A stretch of 64,000 bases of DNA from Candidatus Latescibacterota bacterium (lineage in GTDB: Bacteria; Latescibacterota; CBDEFO01): positions 1,536,001-1,600,000 of the forward strand of contig CBDEFO010000008.1 of the NCBI GenBank assembly GCA_965237525.1. Direction: 5' to 3'. Numbering within the stretch: the stretch's first letter is position 1; each line of letters begins with the position of its first letter. The notes under the pieces were generated by a model. It searched no databases and had not been told where the DNA came from. It saw nothing but the letters and a program-made list of their open reading frames with translations. The position numbers and the translations under genes were made by a program. This document shows, one piece after another, positions 11,005 through 21,714 of the stretch.

Positions 11005-12039
11005 ATGGCAAGAAGCGTCATCCGTGCCTTGTTGCTGGCGTTGGTAATGATAGCCGGTTGGGCCGATACTCCCGCACAGGCGAAGGAGGCGCTCCCGTCC
11101 GACCTGACGGAATTGAGCCTTGAGGAGCTGATGGAGCTTGAGATCATTCCGACAAACGTCATGGGGATCCATATCCATCGGGCTGATGAATGGATGCTCG
11201 GCTACAAGTTCAGGTTCATGAGGATGGACGGGAATCGAGACGGAACCGATAGAAAAAGCGAGGACGATGTCCCCCAAGACTTCATGGTTGCCCCGACCGA
11301 CATGACCATGGAAATGCACATGGTAGAGGTCATGTATGGAGTAACAGACGATCTTACCCTGATGGTCCTGCTCCCGTACAAGCGCCTGTCGATGGATCAT
11401 ATAACCCGAATAGGCGCTCGATTCACGACTGAGTCGGAGGGGATCGGCGATGTCCAAGCGATGGGGCACTACTCTCTCTATAGGAGTGATCCGCACTGGT
11501 TTATTCTCTTTTCCTCCCTAAGTTTTCCTACAGGTTCTATCGACGAGAAGGACGACACACCAGCCGGCCTAGATCAGAAGCTGCCCTATCCTATGCAGTT
11601 GGGTTCGGGCACATTTGGCCTTATCCCTGGCATCACATATTTGGGCCAAACGGATAACTGGAATTGGGGAGCTCATGTGATGGGGAACATCAGGCTTGGG
11701 GAAAACAGCAACGACTATACATTGGGGAATCGATACCACCTGACGACCTGGGAGACCCATAAGTTGACTGATTGGCTTAGTACCAGGGTTCGAATCGATG
11801 GGCATATTTGGGGGAATATTGACGGAGCCGATCCCGATTTGAATTCGGCGATGGTCCCAACCGCCGATCCTGATAGACGTGGCGGAAAACGCATCGATCT
11901 TTTGCTCAGTCTCGATTTTTACGTATTCAAGGGGTATTGGTCCTCAATCGAAAGCGGTTTGCCTATTTACCAATCCCTGAACGGACCACAGCTTGAGACC
12001 GACTGGCGATTGAGTACTGGGTGGCAATGGACTTTCTAA
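11005..12039 (+). CDS. outer-membrane beta-barrel 'transporter' (MetA-pathway/phenol-degradation-like barrel) with DLTELSLEELM N-terminal peptide
   Basis: Signal peptide from ATG 11005; VMGIHIH...EWML.Y....MDGNRDGT, MEMHM...MYG, GIGD, PTGSID, LPYPMQLGSGT, LNGPQLETDW, C-terminal F. Upstream in-frame 10822-11004 is a receiver-domain stub. Confidence 0.75.
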   Translation: MARSVIRALLLALVMIAGWADTPAQAKEALPSDLTELSLEELMELEIIPTNVMGIHIHRADEWMLGYKFRFMRMDGNRDGTDRKSEDDVPQDFMVAPTDMTMEMHMVEVMYGVTDDLTLMVLLPYKRLSMDHITRIGARFTTESEGIGDVQAMGHYSLYRSDPHWFILFSSLSFPTGSIDEKDDTPAGLDQKLPYPMQLGSGTFGLIPGITYLGQTDNWNWGAHVMGNIRLGENSNDYTLGNRYHLTTWETHKLTDWLSTRVRIDGHIWGNIDGADPDLNSAMVPTADPDRRGGKRIDLLLSLDFYVFKGYWSSIESGLPIYQSLNGPQLETDWRLSTGWQWTF

Positions 12040-12644
12040 TGATGAAGTGCTCTCGTAAGAGGTGCCTTATAGTCAGCAAGATTCTATGCCTAATCGTCTT
12101 GGTTGCTGCATGCGCGATGTTAGTTAACATGCCGTACGCTCACGCAGAATCCAGGTTGTCCCGTGAGTATCAGATCAAGGCAGCCTTTCTGTACAACTTT
12201 GCGAAGTTTGTTGAGTGGCCAGCCGAGGCGTTTGTGAATGACAGCGCCCCCATAATCTTCGGCGTTCTCGGCGAGGATCCGTTTGGCGACATTCTCGATC
12301 AGACCATCAAGGATAAAATCCTCAATAACAGGAAACTGGTGATCAAGCGAATCGAGAAATTCGAGGAGGATCAGGACCTGGCGGACTGCCACATCCTCTT
12401 CATCAGTTCGTCGGAGGAAAAGCTTCTGGAAAAGATCGTGGAGACCCTTGGAGATTTGAGTGTCTTAACGGTCGGCGAAATGAAACAGTTTGCTCAACGT
12501 GGAGGGATCATCAATTTCGTCATAAAAAGGAATAAGGTTCGTTTTGAAATCAACGTAGATGCTGCGAAGCAAGTCAGACTGAGGATCAGCTCGAAGCTCC
12601 TGAACCTCGCGAACGTCGTCACTGGAACTTGGACAAACCCATGA
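12039..12644 (+). CDS. YfiR/HmsC-family periplasmic protein (DUF4154)
   Basis: EYQIKAAFLYNFAKFVEWP, CHILFI, LTVGE, GGIINF, FEIN, ISSKLL.LA; TAATG overlap with the barrel gene. Confidence 0.92.
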   Translation: MMKCSRKRCLIVSKILCLIVLVAACAMLVNMPYAHAESRLSREYQIKAAFLYNFAKFVEWPAEAFVNDSAPIIFGVLGEDPFGDILDQTIKDKILNNRKLVIKRIEKFEEDQDLADCHILFISSSEEKLLEKIVETLGDLSVLTVGEMKQFAQRGGIINFVIKRNKVRFEINVDAAKQVRLRISSKLLNLANVVTGTWTNP

Positions 12645-12705
12645 TCTGATTTCGATTTGAGAAACCGACGAAACTGTTGTTAAAACAAGCCTCAGGAAGA
12701 GTAAT

Positions 12706-14319
12706 ATGCCCATCTTTCGAGATATATCTATCAAGCGGAAATTAAGGCTGATTATCATGCTGACAAGTACCTTCGCTTTGCTGTTGGCTTGCATGGCGTT
12801 TGTTATGTACGATCTGATCGCATTTCGACATGCGATGGCGCGCGAGCTTTCGATCCTGGCAGAAATCATCGGTGCCAATAGCACGGCTGCCCTATCCTTC
12901 GACCATCAGAGGGCCGCAGAGGAGATACTGGCGGCGCTGAGCGCCGAGCAACACATCGTCTCCGCCTGTATTTACGCGCAGGACGGGAGGGTGTTCGCCA
13001 AGTACCATCGCGGTGAGGTGAACAAGGGCTTCTCGCCGCCCGGACTTCGAGAAGACGGCCACTATTTCGGAGACGATCATCTGGTTCTGTTTCAACGGAT
13101 CATGCTCAAGGACGAGAAGATTGGCACGGTCTACATCCAGGCTGACATACAAGAGCTGTATTCTCGCTTAAAGCGGTACGTCGGCATCGGCGCCATCGTC
13201 ATGTTGGTGTCCTCCTTTCTGGCCTTCTTGCTGTCGTCAAAACTTCAACAAGTGGTCTCCAAACCGATTTTGCTATTGGCGCAGACGGCGAGAGTCGTTT
13301 CGGTCGAGAAGAACTATTCGGTCCGAGCGACGAAGCACAGCCAGGACGAGGTGGGGCTCCTCATTGAAGCGTTCAACGAGATGTTGACCCAGATCCAGGA
13401 GCGGGATACAGCTCTGCAAGAAGCTCGCGACAGTCTGGAAGAACGGGTGAAGGAGCGTACGGAGGAGTTGGAGGAGGTAAATCAACAGCTCAAGCAGAAT
13501 CAGGCCCAGTTGGTGCAATCCGAGAAGATGGCTGGCCTCGGTCTGCTTGCGGCAGGTGTGGCTCACGAGATCAACAATCCTGTGGGGTACGTGATGAGCA
13601 ACTTGGGGATCCTGACGGAATATGTTGAGATATTCAAGCAGCTCCTGATCAAGTACAATATCCTGGCAGAGGCCGTGCAGGCCGGAAATGGCACCGATCA
13701 GCAGGAGACGCTGGATCGGATCGAGGAGATTCGCCAGGAGGAGGATCTAGATTACCTTCTGGAGGACGTCGATCAGCTCCTTTCGGAGTCCGCTGAGGGG
13801 ACACAGCGAGTGAAGGAGATCGTGGAGGGGCTGAGGAATTTTGCCAGGGTAGATGAGGCGGACCTGAAGGAGGCAGACATCAACGAGGGGATCGAGTCGA
13901 CGCTGAAGGTGATCTGGAACGAACTTAAGTATAAGTGCGAGATCCACAAGCAGCTGGGTGAGATCCCTCCGATCCGCTGCTATCCGAGGCAGCTTAACCA
14001 GGTGTTTATGAATCTGCTGGTGAACGCAGCCCAGGCGATTCCAGAGCGTGGGGAGATCCAGATCGAGACGGAGGCTACAGATACCCACATTGTCATTCGG
14101 ATTTCGGACACGGGCACTGGGATTCCGCTGGAGGACATCTCGAAGCTCTTTGATCCCTTTTTCACAACCAAGCAAGTGGGCAAAGGGACAGGTCTGGGGC
14201 TGTCCATTTCGCACGGTATCATTCAGAAGCACAAAGGTACAATTGAGGTAGAAAGCGAGGTGGGGAAGGGGACAATGTTCACGATTCGGCTGCCGATTGA
14301 GGAGGAAAGCGATGAATAA
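12706..14319 (+). CDS. membrane sensor histidine kinase (CHASE8-like periplasmic domain, HAMP, HisKA, HATPase)
   Basis: Two TMs, [61 protein letters not shown]. Confidence 0.93.
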   Translation: MPIFRDISIKRKLRLIIMLTSTFALLLACMAFVMYDLIAFRHAMARELSILAEIIGANSTAALSFDHQRAAEEILAALSAEQHIVSACIYAQDGRVFAKYHRGEVNKGFSPPGLREDGHYFGDDHLVLFQRIMLKDEKIGTVYIQADIQELYSRLKRYVGIGAIVMLVSSFLAFLLSSKLQQVVSKPILLLAQTARVVSVEKNYSVRATKHSQDEVGLLIEAFNEMLTQIQERDTALQEARDSLEERVKERTEELEEVNQQLKQNQAQLVQSEKMAGLGLLAAGVAHEINNPVGYVMSNLGILTEYVEIFKQLLIKYNILAEAVQAGNGTDQQETLDRIEEIRQEEDLDYLLEDVDQLLSESAEGTQRVKEIVEGLRNFARVDEADLKEADINEGIESTLKVIWNELKYKCEIHKQLGEIPPIRCYPRQLNQVFMNLLVNAAQAIPERGEIQIETEATDTHIVIRISDTGTGIPLEDISKLFDPFFTTKQVGKGTGLGLSISHGIIQKHKGTIEVESEVGKGTMFTIRLPIEEESDE

Positions 14320-16245
14320 GAAGACCGTTCTCTGTGTAGACGATGAAATCAATGTGCTGCGGGCGCTGCGACGGGAACTCATGGGTGAACCCTATGAGGT
14401 CGTTGTGGCCTCAAGCGGCCAAGAGGGGCTGGAGCACCTGGAAGCAAAGAAGATCGCGGTGGTGGTGTCTGACCACCGGATGCCCGGAATGACAGGGTCA
14501 GAGTTTCTGGCAAAGGTGCGGGAACGCTGGCCCGACACGTTCGGCATTATGTTGACGGGCTATGGCGATCTCGATACGATGACCTTGGCTGTAAATGAAG
14601 GGAAAATCCATCACTTTCTGTGCAAGCCCTGGAATTCAAACGAGCTAAAGCTGGCTGTGCGGCAGTGTATTGCTGAATTGGAAGCATCAGAAGCCGAGCG
14701 GAAGCAGGTGGGAAAGGAACAACTGGAGGAGCTGGTGAGGCATCTGCCTTATGGGGTCTGTCTGTTAGATGGGGAGCAGCGTCTGGTGCTGGTAAACTCG
14801 TCGGCACAGGAGTATCTAGCGGTACTTACAGATCCGATTCTGCTGGTGGCAGTGGGAGAGGTAGTCTCCCACATCGGTAAACATACGATTGAAGAGATAC
14901 TGGAGCCCCGTGTGGATGGGCTAATGCACGAAGTGGCAGTGGAGGGTCCGCCACAGCGGACCTTTGAAGTAGGAGCGTCTTCGATCACGAAAGGGGTGAC
15001 AGAGGGTGGATGGGTGCTGGTGTTGCGGGAGGTGACCCTGGAGAGGGAGGTCCTGGAGCGTGCGCAACAGCAGGATCGGCTGGTGGAGGTGGGTCAGTTG
15101 GCGGCAGGGATCGCCCACGACTTCAACAACATACTGTCGATCATGATGGGTTTTGCCGAGACTCTGGAGATGAGTGCAGACCTGCCTGACTCGGACAAGG
15201 AAGATCTTAGGCGCATCGTCTTGCAGGGACAGCGGGCCGCGCAACTGATCCGGCTAAGGTCCTCGACTTCAGCCGTAAGAGCGCTGTGTAGAGGCATACG
15301 GTTTACCTGGTTCCCTTCCTGAAGGAAGCAGTAAAACTGTTGGACAGGACCCTGCCAGAGACCATTCAGATTGTGGTCGAGTTCGGCACAGAAGACTATA
15401 TCGTTGAGGCAAATCTGACGCAACTGCAGCAGGTGATCACTAACCTGGCAGTCAATGCCCGGGATGCGATGCCGGAGGGAGGAGAATTGCGGGTAGGACT
15501 TTCGCGTCTGCTGCTGCGGCCGGACGAGCACCTGCCGCGTGCAGCAGCACAAGGGGCATATCGATTGCCCGAGTTGGAGCCGGGGGAGTGGGTGGTGTGG
15601 ACTGTGTCGGATACGGGCACTGGGATGCCGCCGGAAGTGATAAAGCACATCTGGGAGCCCTTCTTCACGACCAAAAGACCCGGCGAGGGCACAGGACTGG
15701 GGCTGGCGCAGGTCTACGGCATCGTGCAGCATCACGGGGGGTATATCGATGTGAAGAGTGAGGTGGAAAAGGGCACGACCTTCATGATCTGCCTACCGCA
15801 GATTGCAAAGGCGGAGGTGTCCGCTCAGCAACTGGGGACTGACATTCAGAGCGGTCGGGGTGAGACGATCCTGGTGGTCGAAGATGAGCCAGAGATGCTT
15901 CAGGTGGTCAAAGTCATGCTGGAGAGTCTGAATTACAGGGTGCACACGGCGGCCAATGGCCGGGAGGCACAGGCTGTTTACGATTCGCATCGCGACGAGA
16001 TCGCGCTGGTGTTGACAGATATGATGATGCCGGAGATGGGTGGAATGGAGCTATTCAAGGTCTTGAAGGAGAAATATCCTGGAGTCCGAGTGGTGGTGAT
16101 GACGGGGTATCCTCTAAAAGAGAGCAGAGAGTCCCAACTGCTGCCCCAAGGCGTTGCAGGATTTTTGGAGAAACCCCTACTTCTGGAACAGGTGGCGGCG
16201 GTGATAAGCGAGATGCTGAAGTGTGAGAGGCCACACGACGTATAG
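14312..16245 (+). pseudogene. hybrid histidine kinase (REC-PAS-HisKA-HATPase-REC), disrupted
   Basis: AHDFNNIL in the 5' ORF; frame change near 15254, then VLDFSRKSAV*(TAG 15289)RHTV...NARDAM, DTGTGM, C-terminal receiver. Confidence 0.85.
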
Positions 16246-16281
16246 ACGGAGGACACCTTTTATGCAGAGAATGATGGGAAC

Positions 16282-16350
16282 TATGAGGGAATCGATCTTA
16301 ATCGCGGATGACGAACAATCGATGCGCCACCTGTTAGAGGAATATAGGGT
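16282..16350 (+). pseudogene. receiver-domain N-terminal stub
   Basis: MRESILIADDEQSMRHLLEEYRV, then loses similarity. Confidence 0.5.
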
Positions 16351-16404
16351 ATACGGTAGCGGAAACTGGATCGACAGAGCAGACACTATACAAGGAGCAA
16401 CACC

Positions 16405-17277
16405 ATGACTCGCCATACGGTACTTTTCGTGGATGACGAACCCAGCATACTGAATTCTCTACAACGTCTCTTTTACAGGGAGCCGGTTGAGGTTCTGACA
16501 GCGGCTAGTGGTGAGGAGGGTCTCCAGAAGATGGAGACCACCGAGGTTGCCTTAGTGATATCGGACTATAAGATGCCTGGAATGTCGGGAGCTGATTTCT
16601 TATCTCTTGTACGAGAGAAATATCCTGTCACCATTAGGATTCTCCTGACTGGACACGCAGACAAGAAGGTAGCAATAGAGACGATTAACAAGGGTGAAAT
16701 CTACCGGCTCTTAACCATTCCTTTTGACAATGAGGAGATACTGCTGACGGTGCGGCAGGCACTCGAGCAGTATGAATCGTCTGCTCCACTTTACCAAGAG
16801 CTAAAGCGTCGAGCCGAAGAGCTTACCAAACAGCACAACAAAGAGATGGCACTGGCAGCTGTAGGTAGGGAGGAAGACAAAACAGGAGTAATCTCGCGAC
16901 GTTTCTTCTTAGATGCAGCTTATGATGTTAGTTGTGTAACCTGCGCTTATTGTGGTCGGAAGTTTCCAGTGCAAGAAACATACGCTGTTCATCCAGGTCA
17001 TATTAAATCCCTTAGCCATCTTACCTGGGCAGAGCTCAGTATTAGAAGAATAGATGATGAAAAGGGATGTTTTTGCAGGCAACACGCCTCATGGGCGAGG
17101 GAGCATAGCCTTGATATCCATCATTGTTCAAGTTTGATAGATCAGATAGCTAATGCTATATCTGATCATGTTAATCATGGTAACCCAACTTATCTGAGTC
17201 AAAGAGAGGAAACTGTGAGTGAAGATGAGCTACTCGCTCGATTTCAGTCAAAAGGGAAGTACTCTAATCATAGATGA
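16405..17277 (+). CDS. response regulator with unknown Cys/His-rich C-terminal domain
   Basis: Receiver (LFVDDE, DYKMPGMSG, LTG), coiled coil, then CAYC...FCRQH. Confidence 0.8.
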   Translation: MTRHTVLFVDDEPSILNSLQRLFYREPVEVLTAASGEEGLQKMETTEVALVISDYKMPGMSGADFLSLVREKYPVTIRILLTGHADKKVAIETINKGEIYRLLTIPFDNEEILLTVRQALEQYESSAPLYQELKRRAEELTKQHNKEMALAAVGREEDKTGVISRRFFLDAAYDVSCVTCAYCGRKFPVQETYAVHPGHIKSLSHLTWAELSIRRIDDEKGCFCRQHASWAREHSLDIHHCSSLIDQIANAISDHVNHGNPTYLSQREETVSEDELLARFQSKGKYSNHR

Positions 17278-17684
17278 GAGAGATTCTAATAAGATAAAAA
17301 GCTCGAGTACTATTACGAATAGCTACATTAGGGGGTGGCAGAACCTTAAAGTTCTCCATACAATTGCGTCGATGTCTAAGGGTCTTTAAGAGTGGCTTTG
17401 TCTTTGGTAATGCAGGGGAAAACTGCACTTGGAAAATTAACAATTTGTTGATCTGTGGCGATATCTGAGATATGAAAAGTCCTCTGGCGGCGGAAGAACA
17501 ATTTTGAGCTGCGTAAGAGTGGTCAGGTGCCCTGTTGTACGGACAGATTGTCCATAAAGCTAACTACCATACTTTGGGAAAAGACTCGAATTACGCCTCA
17601 AGAGATAGTATGGGGGGAGGTTTTGCCGGATAGAAGACTTATCCAACGGCATGGGTAATTCAGTTCAAAAGAGAATTTTCGTTC

Positions 17685-17713
17685 TTGACAAGAAATCTCC
17701 ATATGGTTATCTT
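17685..17713 (+). promoter_or_regulatory. sigma70-type promoter with no protein gene downstream
   Basis: TTGACA-N17-TATCTT. Confidence 0.6.
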
Positions 17714-17739
17714 TATGTGGTTTGAAACTTCGGAAATGA

Positions 17740-17931
17740 ACTCTTTAACCCTGACGACTTCAGCACAACTAAGATAAATTGACTTTCGGACCCCGTCCGT
17801 TTCCTTCATACCCGCTATGGTGGGTATTGCCAGTGGGAGCATCCCGCAAGCTTGATGTAGGTTCACACGCAAGCAGGGATAACGGGTATGGAGAAATGCC
17901 CATGTTGTAGGCAGCGTTCAGGTGGAGGAGT
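17740..17931 (+). ncRNA. candidate rod-shaped ncRNA (6S RNA-like)
   Basis: Nested pairings 17740-46/17925-31, 17750-54/17918-22, 17798-803/17893-98, 17807-14/17883-90, 17841-45/17876-80, 17850-54/17870-74; about 190 nt with an internal bubble; own promoter. Confidence 0.4.
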
Positions 17932-18116
17932 CAGAGCCGAATGCGTCGCGGTAACGCTCTGGGGTAGGAACTTGGATCGTGGATAGTTTCGGGTCGGATA
18001 ATCGTTCCAGTCACTAGAGGAATGCCCCGATAACGTAGCTTAAAATAGCGCAGACGATGCCGATTATTAGATAGGTTATTATCTGCTGCCGCTTCTTATA
18101 TGTCCAACGGTCAAAT

Positions 18117-18335
18117 TCAGCCATCTGATCCGTTATCCTTGCTATTGGATCTCCTCAAAAATTCCAGTAGCAAAAAAGAGATTGAAACCAGGCTAACAGC
18201 CTTTGTGAAGTTCAAAAACCCCGCCGGCGTGACAGTAAACAGGAACACCGGAAGGACGTTTATGGAAGTCAAAAGGCCTATGAGAAAGCTCAGTACTGCC
18301 AAGGCCATGAAAAACTGTGCGACATGTATTAACAT
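18117..18335 (-). CDS. small membrane protein (2 TM)
   Basis: 72-aa hydrophobic ORF with GAGGGAGG RBS. Confidence 0.6.
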   Translation of the reverse strand: MLIHVAQFFMALAVLSFLIGLLTSINVLPVFLFTVTPAGFLNFTKAVSLVSISFLLLEFLRRSNSKDNGSDG

Positions 18336-18523
18336 AGCTTCCCTCCCTCTTTTAACAGAATGGCTTGATGTCCCTTCTGTGCGACAATTCTTAACCTGTC
18401 ATCTATAAATTTAATAACTGTTCATAAAAAAGCAAGTAAAATCCTTCAAAGTTGACTCCTGGTTCTTGACGAGAAAATAAGGCAGAGTACCCAATATCGT
18501 CACGTAATAAAAAGGCAGTTGCC

Positions 18524-19052
18524 ATGAGCCGGAAATCTATCCTGATAGTCGATGACGAAGTCTATATGCGCGATATGTTGTTCAAATACTTCGAAGGTGA
18601 GGGGTACGACATTACTCTGGCCGAAAGTGGATTTGAGGCGTATAAGCGTGCTAAAGATACCAAATTCGAACGTCGGACTTATAGATTTTCGAATGCCCGG
18701 AATGAACGGGATAGAGCTCACGAAGCTGCTTGTGAACAAAGATCCGCAAATTGTCTTAATAATCATGACCGGTTATCCCAGCGCAGAGTCCACAGCTGAT
18801 GCGACAAAGCTCGGGGTCTACGCCTATATGACAAAGCCTTTCAGGCTCATAGATATGGGCAGAGTCGTAGAACAGGGTCTTAAGGAAAGGGATCTTCAAG
18901 CTGAAAATAGGCTCCTCAGAAAGAAGCTTCAAGAAGCCCAAGAGGAGCTTAAGAAGCAGAAAGACCTGGACAAAGCTTCTGAGGCCAGCTCCGATAAGAT
19001 GTCTGAAGGTGACATTACGGTCGAAGGCCTGAAGCCCTGGCAGAATTCCTAG
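18524..19052 (+). pseudogene. response regulator with coiled-coil tail, single frameshift near 18669
   Basis: MSRKSILIVDDE...KF continues in another frame as VGLIDFRMPGMNG...MTGY...KPF; one extra base. Confidence 0.8.
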
Positions 19053-19064
19053 CAGTTGACAGGA

Positions 19065-19202
19065 TACACATATCCAGAGGTAATGTGTCGCGCCACGGAG
19101 GAGGCCTTAAATCACATGATAACTATGGGATTCAATTAACACTACACGGTGGGCGACATCGCAGAAGCAATTAGCAAGGTTGCCCATGAGTTGAAAAGAT
19201 AG
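19065..19202 (+). pseudogene. C-terminal remnant of DegT/DnrJ-type aminotransferase
   Basis: YTYPEVMCRATEEALNHMITMGFN*HYTVGDIAEAISKVA. Confidence 0.45.
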
Positions 19203-19240
19203 AGGGAAAAGGTAACCTCGACCCTCTATTTAACGGTTCT

Positions 19241-20107
19241 TCAGGCTTCTCCTCTTATTTTCTCTAAAACCCTTTCAAGATCCTTATCTCCATAGAATTC
19301 GATCTCTATCTTTCCCTTTTTGCCCCTTTTGGATATTCTGACGGCTGTGCCGATTAGCCTTTGGAGTTCCTCTTCGATGGTGACGAGGAAGGGGTCTTTG
19401 GTCCTTCTTTGTCTTAACCTCTTAATCCTTGCCCCGGACGACCAGGCTTTGGAAAGCTGTTCCACTTTTCTGACAGATAGTTCTTCTTTGATAGTCTTTC
19501 GGCAGAGCTCGATCTGGTCATCTTCGTCGCTTAGGGAGAGGATTGCCCTTGCGTGACCCATCGAAAGTTGGCCGCTCAAGATAGCTTCCTGGATTTCCAT
19601 AGGAAGACGTAAGAGCCGAAGCAGATTTGCCACTGTGGATCGGTCCTTTCCTACCTTGCTTGAGACCTCCTCCTGCGTCAGGTTGCACTGCTGTATCAGT
19701 GCCCGATATGCCTTAGCCTCTTCGACTGGATTGAGATCCTCTCTCTGTATATTCTCTATTAGCGAAAGTTCCATCATATCTTCAAAAGGGGCGACTTCTA
19801 CTACGATGGCAGGGATGGTATCTATCCCCGCATCTTGAGTGGCTCTCAGCCTCCTTTCTCCCATTATCAACTGATAGCCCTGCCCGAAGGGCCTTACAAC
19901 GATGGGCTGGATGACCCCCCTTTTGAGTATGGACTCTTTCAGTTCCTCTAAACCCTGGGAATCAAAGTCTGCGCGGGGCTGATAGGGATTCGGGCTGATC
20001 TGGGACACCTTCAAATGAGCTATATCTTTGCCCTTGACCTCTGGAATTCCTTCTACAATTTCGGGGATCAGGGCTCCTATGCCTCTTCCGAGAGCTTTTC
20101 TATTCAT
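19241..20107 (-). CDS. parB: chromosome partitioning protein ParB/Spo0J
   Basis: [41 protein letters not shown]. Confidence 0.97.
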   Translation of the reverse strand: MNRKALGRGIGALIPEIVEGIPEVKGKDIAHLKVSQISPNPYQPRADFDSQGLEELKESILKRGVIQPIVVRPFGQGYQLIMGERRLRATQDAGIDTIPAIVVEVAPFEDMMELSLIENIQREDLNPVEEAKAYRALIQQCNLTQEEVSSKVGKDRSTVANLLRLLRLPMEIQEAILSGQLSMGHARAILSLSDEDDQIELCRKTIKEELSVRKVEQLSKAWSSGARIKRLRQRRTKDPFLVTIEEELQRLIGTAVRISKRGKKGKIEIEFYGDKDLERVLEKIRGEA

Positions 20108-20876
20108 TGTTCAATATCTCTTTTGCCAAACTTATATAGTTCTTTGCGCCTGAGGAGTCGATACTGTACAGTATTATAGGCTTTCCGAAGCTGGGCGCCT
20201 CTCCGAGTCTCACATTTCTGTCTATGACAGTCTTGTAAATCTTGTCCCTGAAGTGGTTCCTGACCTCCTGTTCCACCTGTCGGGAGAGATTCAGCCGTGA
20301 GTCGTACATCGTCAGGAGGACTCCTTCCACTTGGAGCTTTCTATTGAGGTGCTTTTGGACGAGCCCGATGGTCTCAAGCAGTTTGGCCAGACCCTCTAAA
20401 GCGTAGTACTCACACTGGAGAGGGATAAGGACAGAGTCCGCGGCTGTAAGTCCGTTGAGCGTCAATATACCGAGAGAGGGTGGAAGGTCTATTATTATGT
20501 ATGCATAGTCGTCCCTTACGTCTTCCAGCGTCTTTTGGAGAGTTGTCCTGCTGGCGTTGACCATCTCGACCTGTGCTCCTGTGAGGCTGATGTGTGAAGG
20601 AGCTATAAAGAGGAAAGGGATTTCGTGGCCTCTGATAATCTCCGATAGCGGCGTTTCATCTATAAGGACTTCGTAGATGCTTCTGTTTACTGTGTCGGGG
20701 TCTATCCCACAGCCACTTGTGGCGTTTGCCTGCGGGTCTAAGTCCACAAGGAGGGTCTTCTTCTCTGCGACTGCAAGACAGGCGGACAGGTTAATTGCGG
20801 TAGTGGTCTTCCCAACCCCTCCTTTCTGGTTAGCTATGCATATTATCCTTCCCACTTTATCTTTCCAGACGCACAA
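20100..20876 (-). CDS. parA: chromosome partitioning ATPase ParA/Soj (start probably GTG near 20855)
   Basis: [43 protein letters not shown]. Confidence 0.96.
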   Translation of the reverse strand: MCVWKDKVGRIICIANQKGGVGKTTTAINLSACLAVAEKKTLLVDLDPQANATSGCGIDPDTVNRSIYEVLIDETPLSEIIRGHEIPFLFIAPSHISLTGAQVEMVNASRTTLQKTLEDVRDDYAYIIIDLPPSLGILTLNGLTAADSVLIPLQCEYYALEGLAKLLETIGLVQKHLNRKLQVEGVLLTMYDSRLNLSRQVEQEVRNHFRDKIYKTVIDRNVRLGEAPSFGKPIILYSIDSSGAKNYISLAKEILNNE

Positions 20877-21017
20877 GTTAAGCTGACGTTATTGAGGTCG
20901 CCTCTGTGCCGCTGATAATTTCTTTGTGAAGATAAGAGAAACCTCAATCCTTGTCAAGGTATTTCTGGAAAGGACAGGGTTATTCAGTGACCATTTAAGA
21001 GATAGTAGACAGCATAT

Positions 21018-21086
21018 GTAGGCGCGAACCCATGATTGGCCCAATCTACCTGTATGTAAAGGGCAGACACGCGGGTCTGCCTCTAC
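21018..21086. repeat. REP-like inverted doublet (GTAG class), degenerate
   Basis: GTAGGCGCGAACC..ATTGGCCC and GGGCAGAC-ACGCGG-GTCTGCCTCTAC in opposite orientation. Confidence 0.55.
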
Positions 21087-21158
21087 ACCTGACGATTATG
21101 TCTGTTGGCTTACAGCTGAGAATTGAATGACCCCGGAAAGAGGTTTTGTGTACTGGAG

Positions 21159-21705
21159 TTATGGAATTTCAGGGTAGGACAGCCATACAGGATGTCCGTC
21201 CATGGCTGAGTTGTCGGTGAGCTTATTCTGATCTGACCCGTCGGCGTTCATCGTGTAGATTTCAAAGTCTCCGTCCCGTTCTGAGGCGAAGGCGATCCTT
21301 TTGCCGTCGGACGACCAGGATGGAACGAGGTCGTCCGAAGAATTGTCGGTAAGTTTGATTGGGTCTGATCCGTCGAAGTTGAAGATGTATATCTCGCCGT
21401 CTCCGTCGCTGTTCGAGACGTAAGCCAGTCTGCTCCCATCCGGTGACCAGGCGGGGCTAAGGTCGTCGATGTTATTGTTATCTGTGAGCTTGAACTTATC
21501 TTTCCCCTTGTAAGAGGATGCATAGATCTCGAAGTCCCCGTCCTCATCGGAAAAGTAGAGTATCATCGAGCCATCAGGAGACCAGGAGGGTCCAAAGCTC
21601 ATTCCTTTTCCCTCTGTGAACCTGGTCTGGATGTTGGCGTCCAGGTTCACTGTATAGATGTCAAAAGTTCCTTATCTTTTGGAAGTAAAGGCGATCCACT
21701 TGCCA
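21159..21705 (-). pseudogene. TolB-like PD40 beta-propeller protein, 5'-truncated
   Basis: Repeated P.WSPDG..I.F.S.RDGD.EIY units; upstream repeat KWIAFTSKR*GTFDIY contains a stop; no N-terminus or signal peptide. Confidence 0.7.
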
Positions 21706-21714
21706 CCGTGCTTT

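Noticed and set aside
17933..17965. GAGCCGAATGCG resembling group II intron domain V
   Set aside because: The complementary 3' arm with AC bulge and domain VI are absent; no RT gene
19241..21150. parS site or oriC next to parAB
   Set aside because: No TGTTTCACGTGAAACA-like palindrome or DnaA-box cluster noticed
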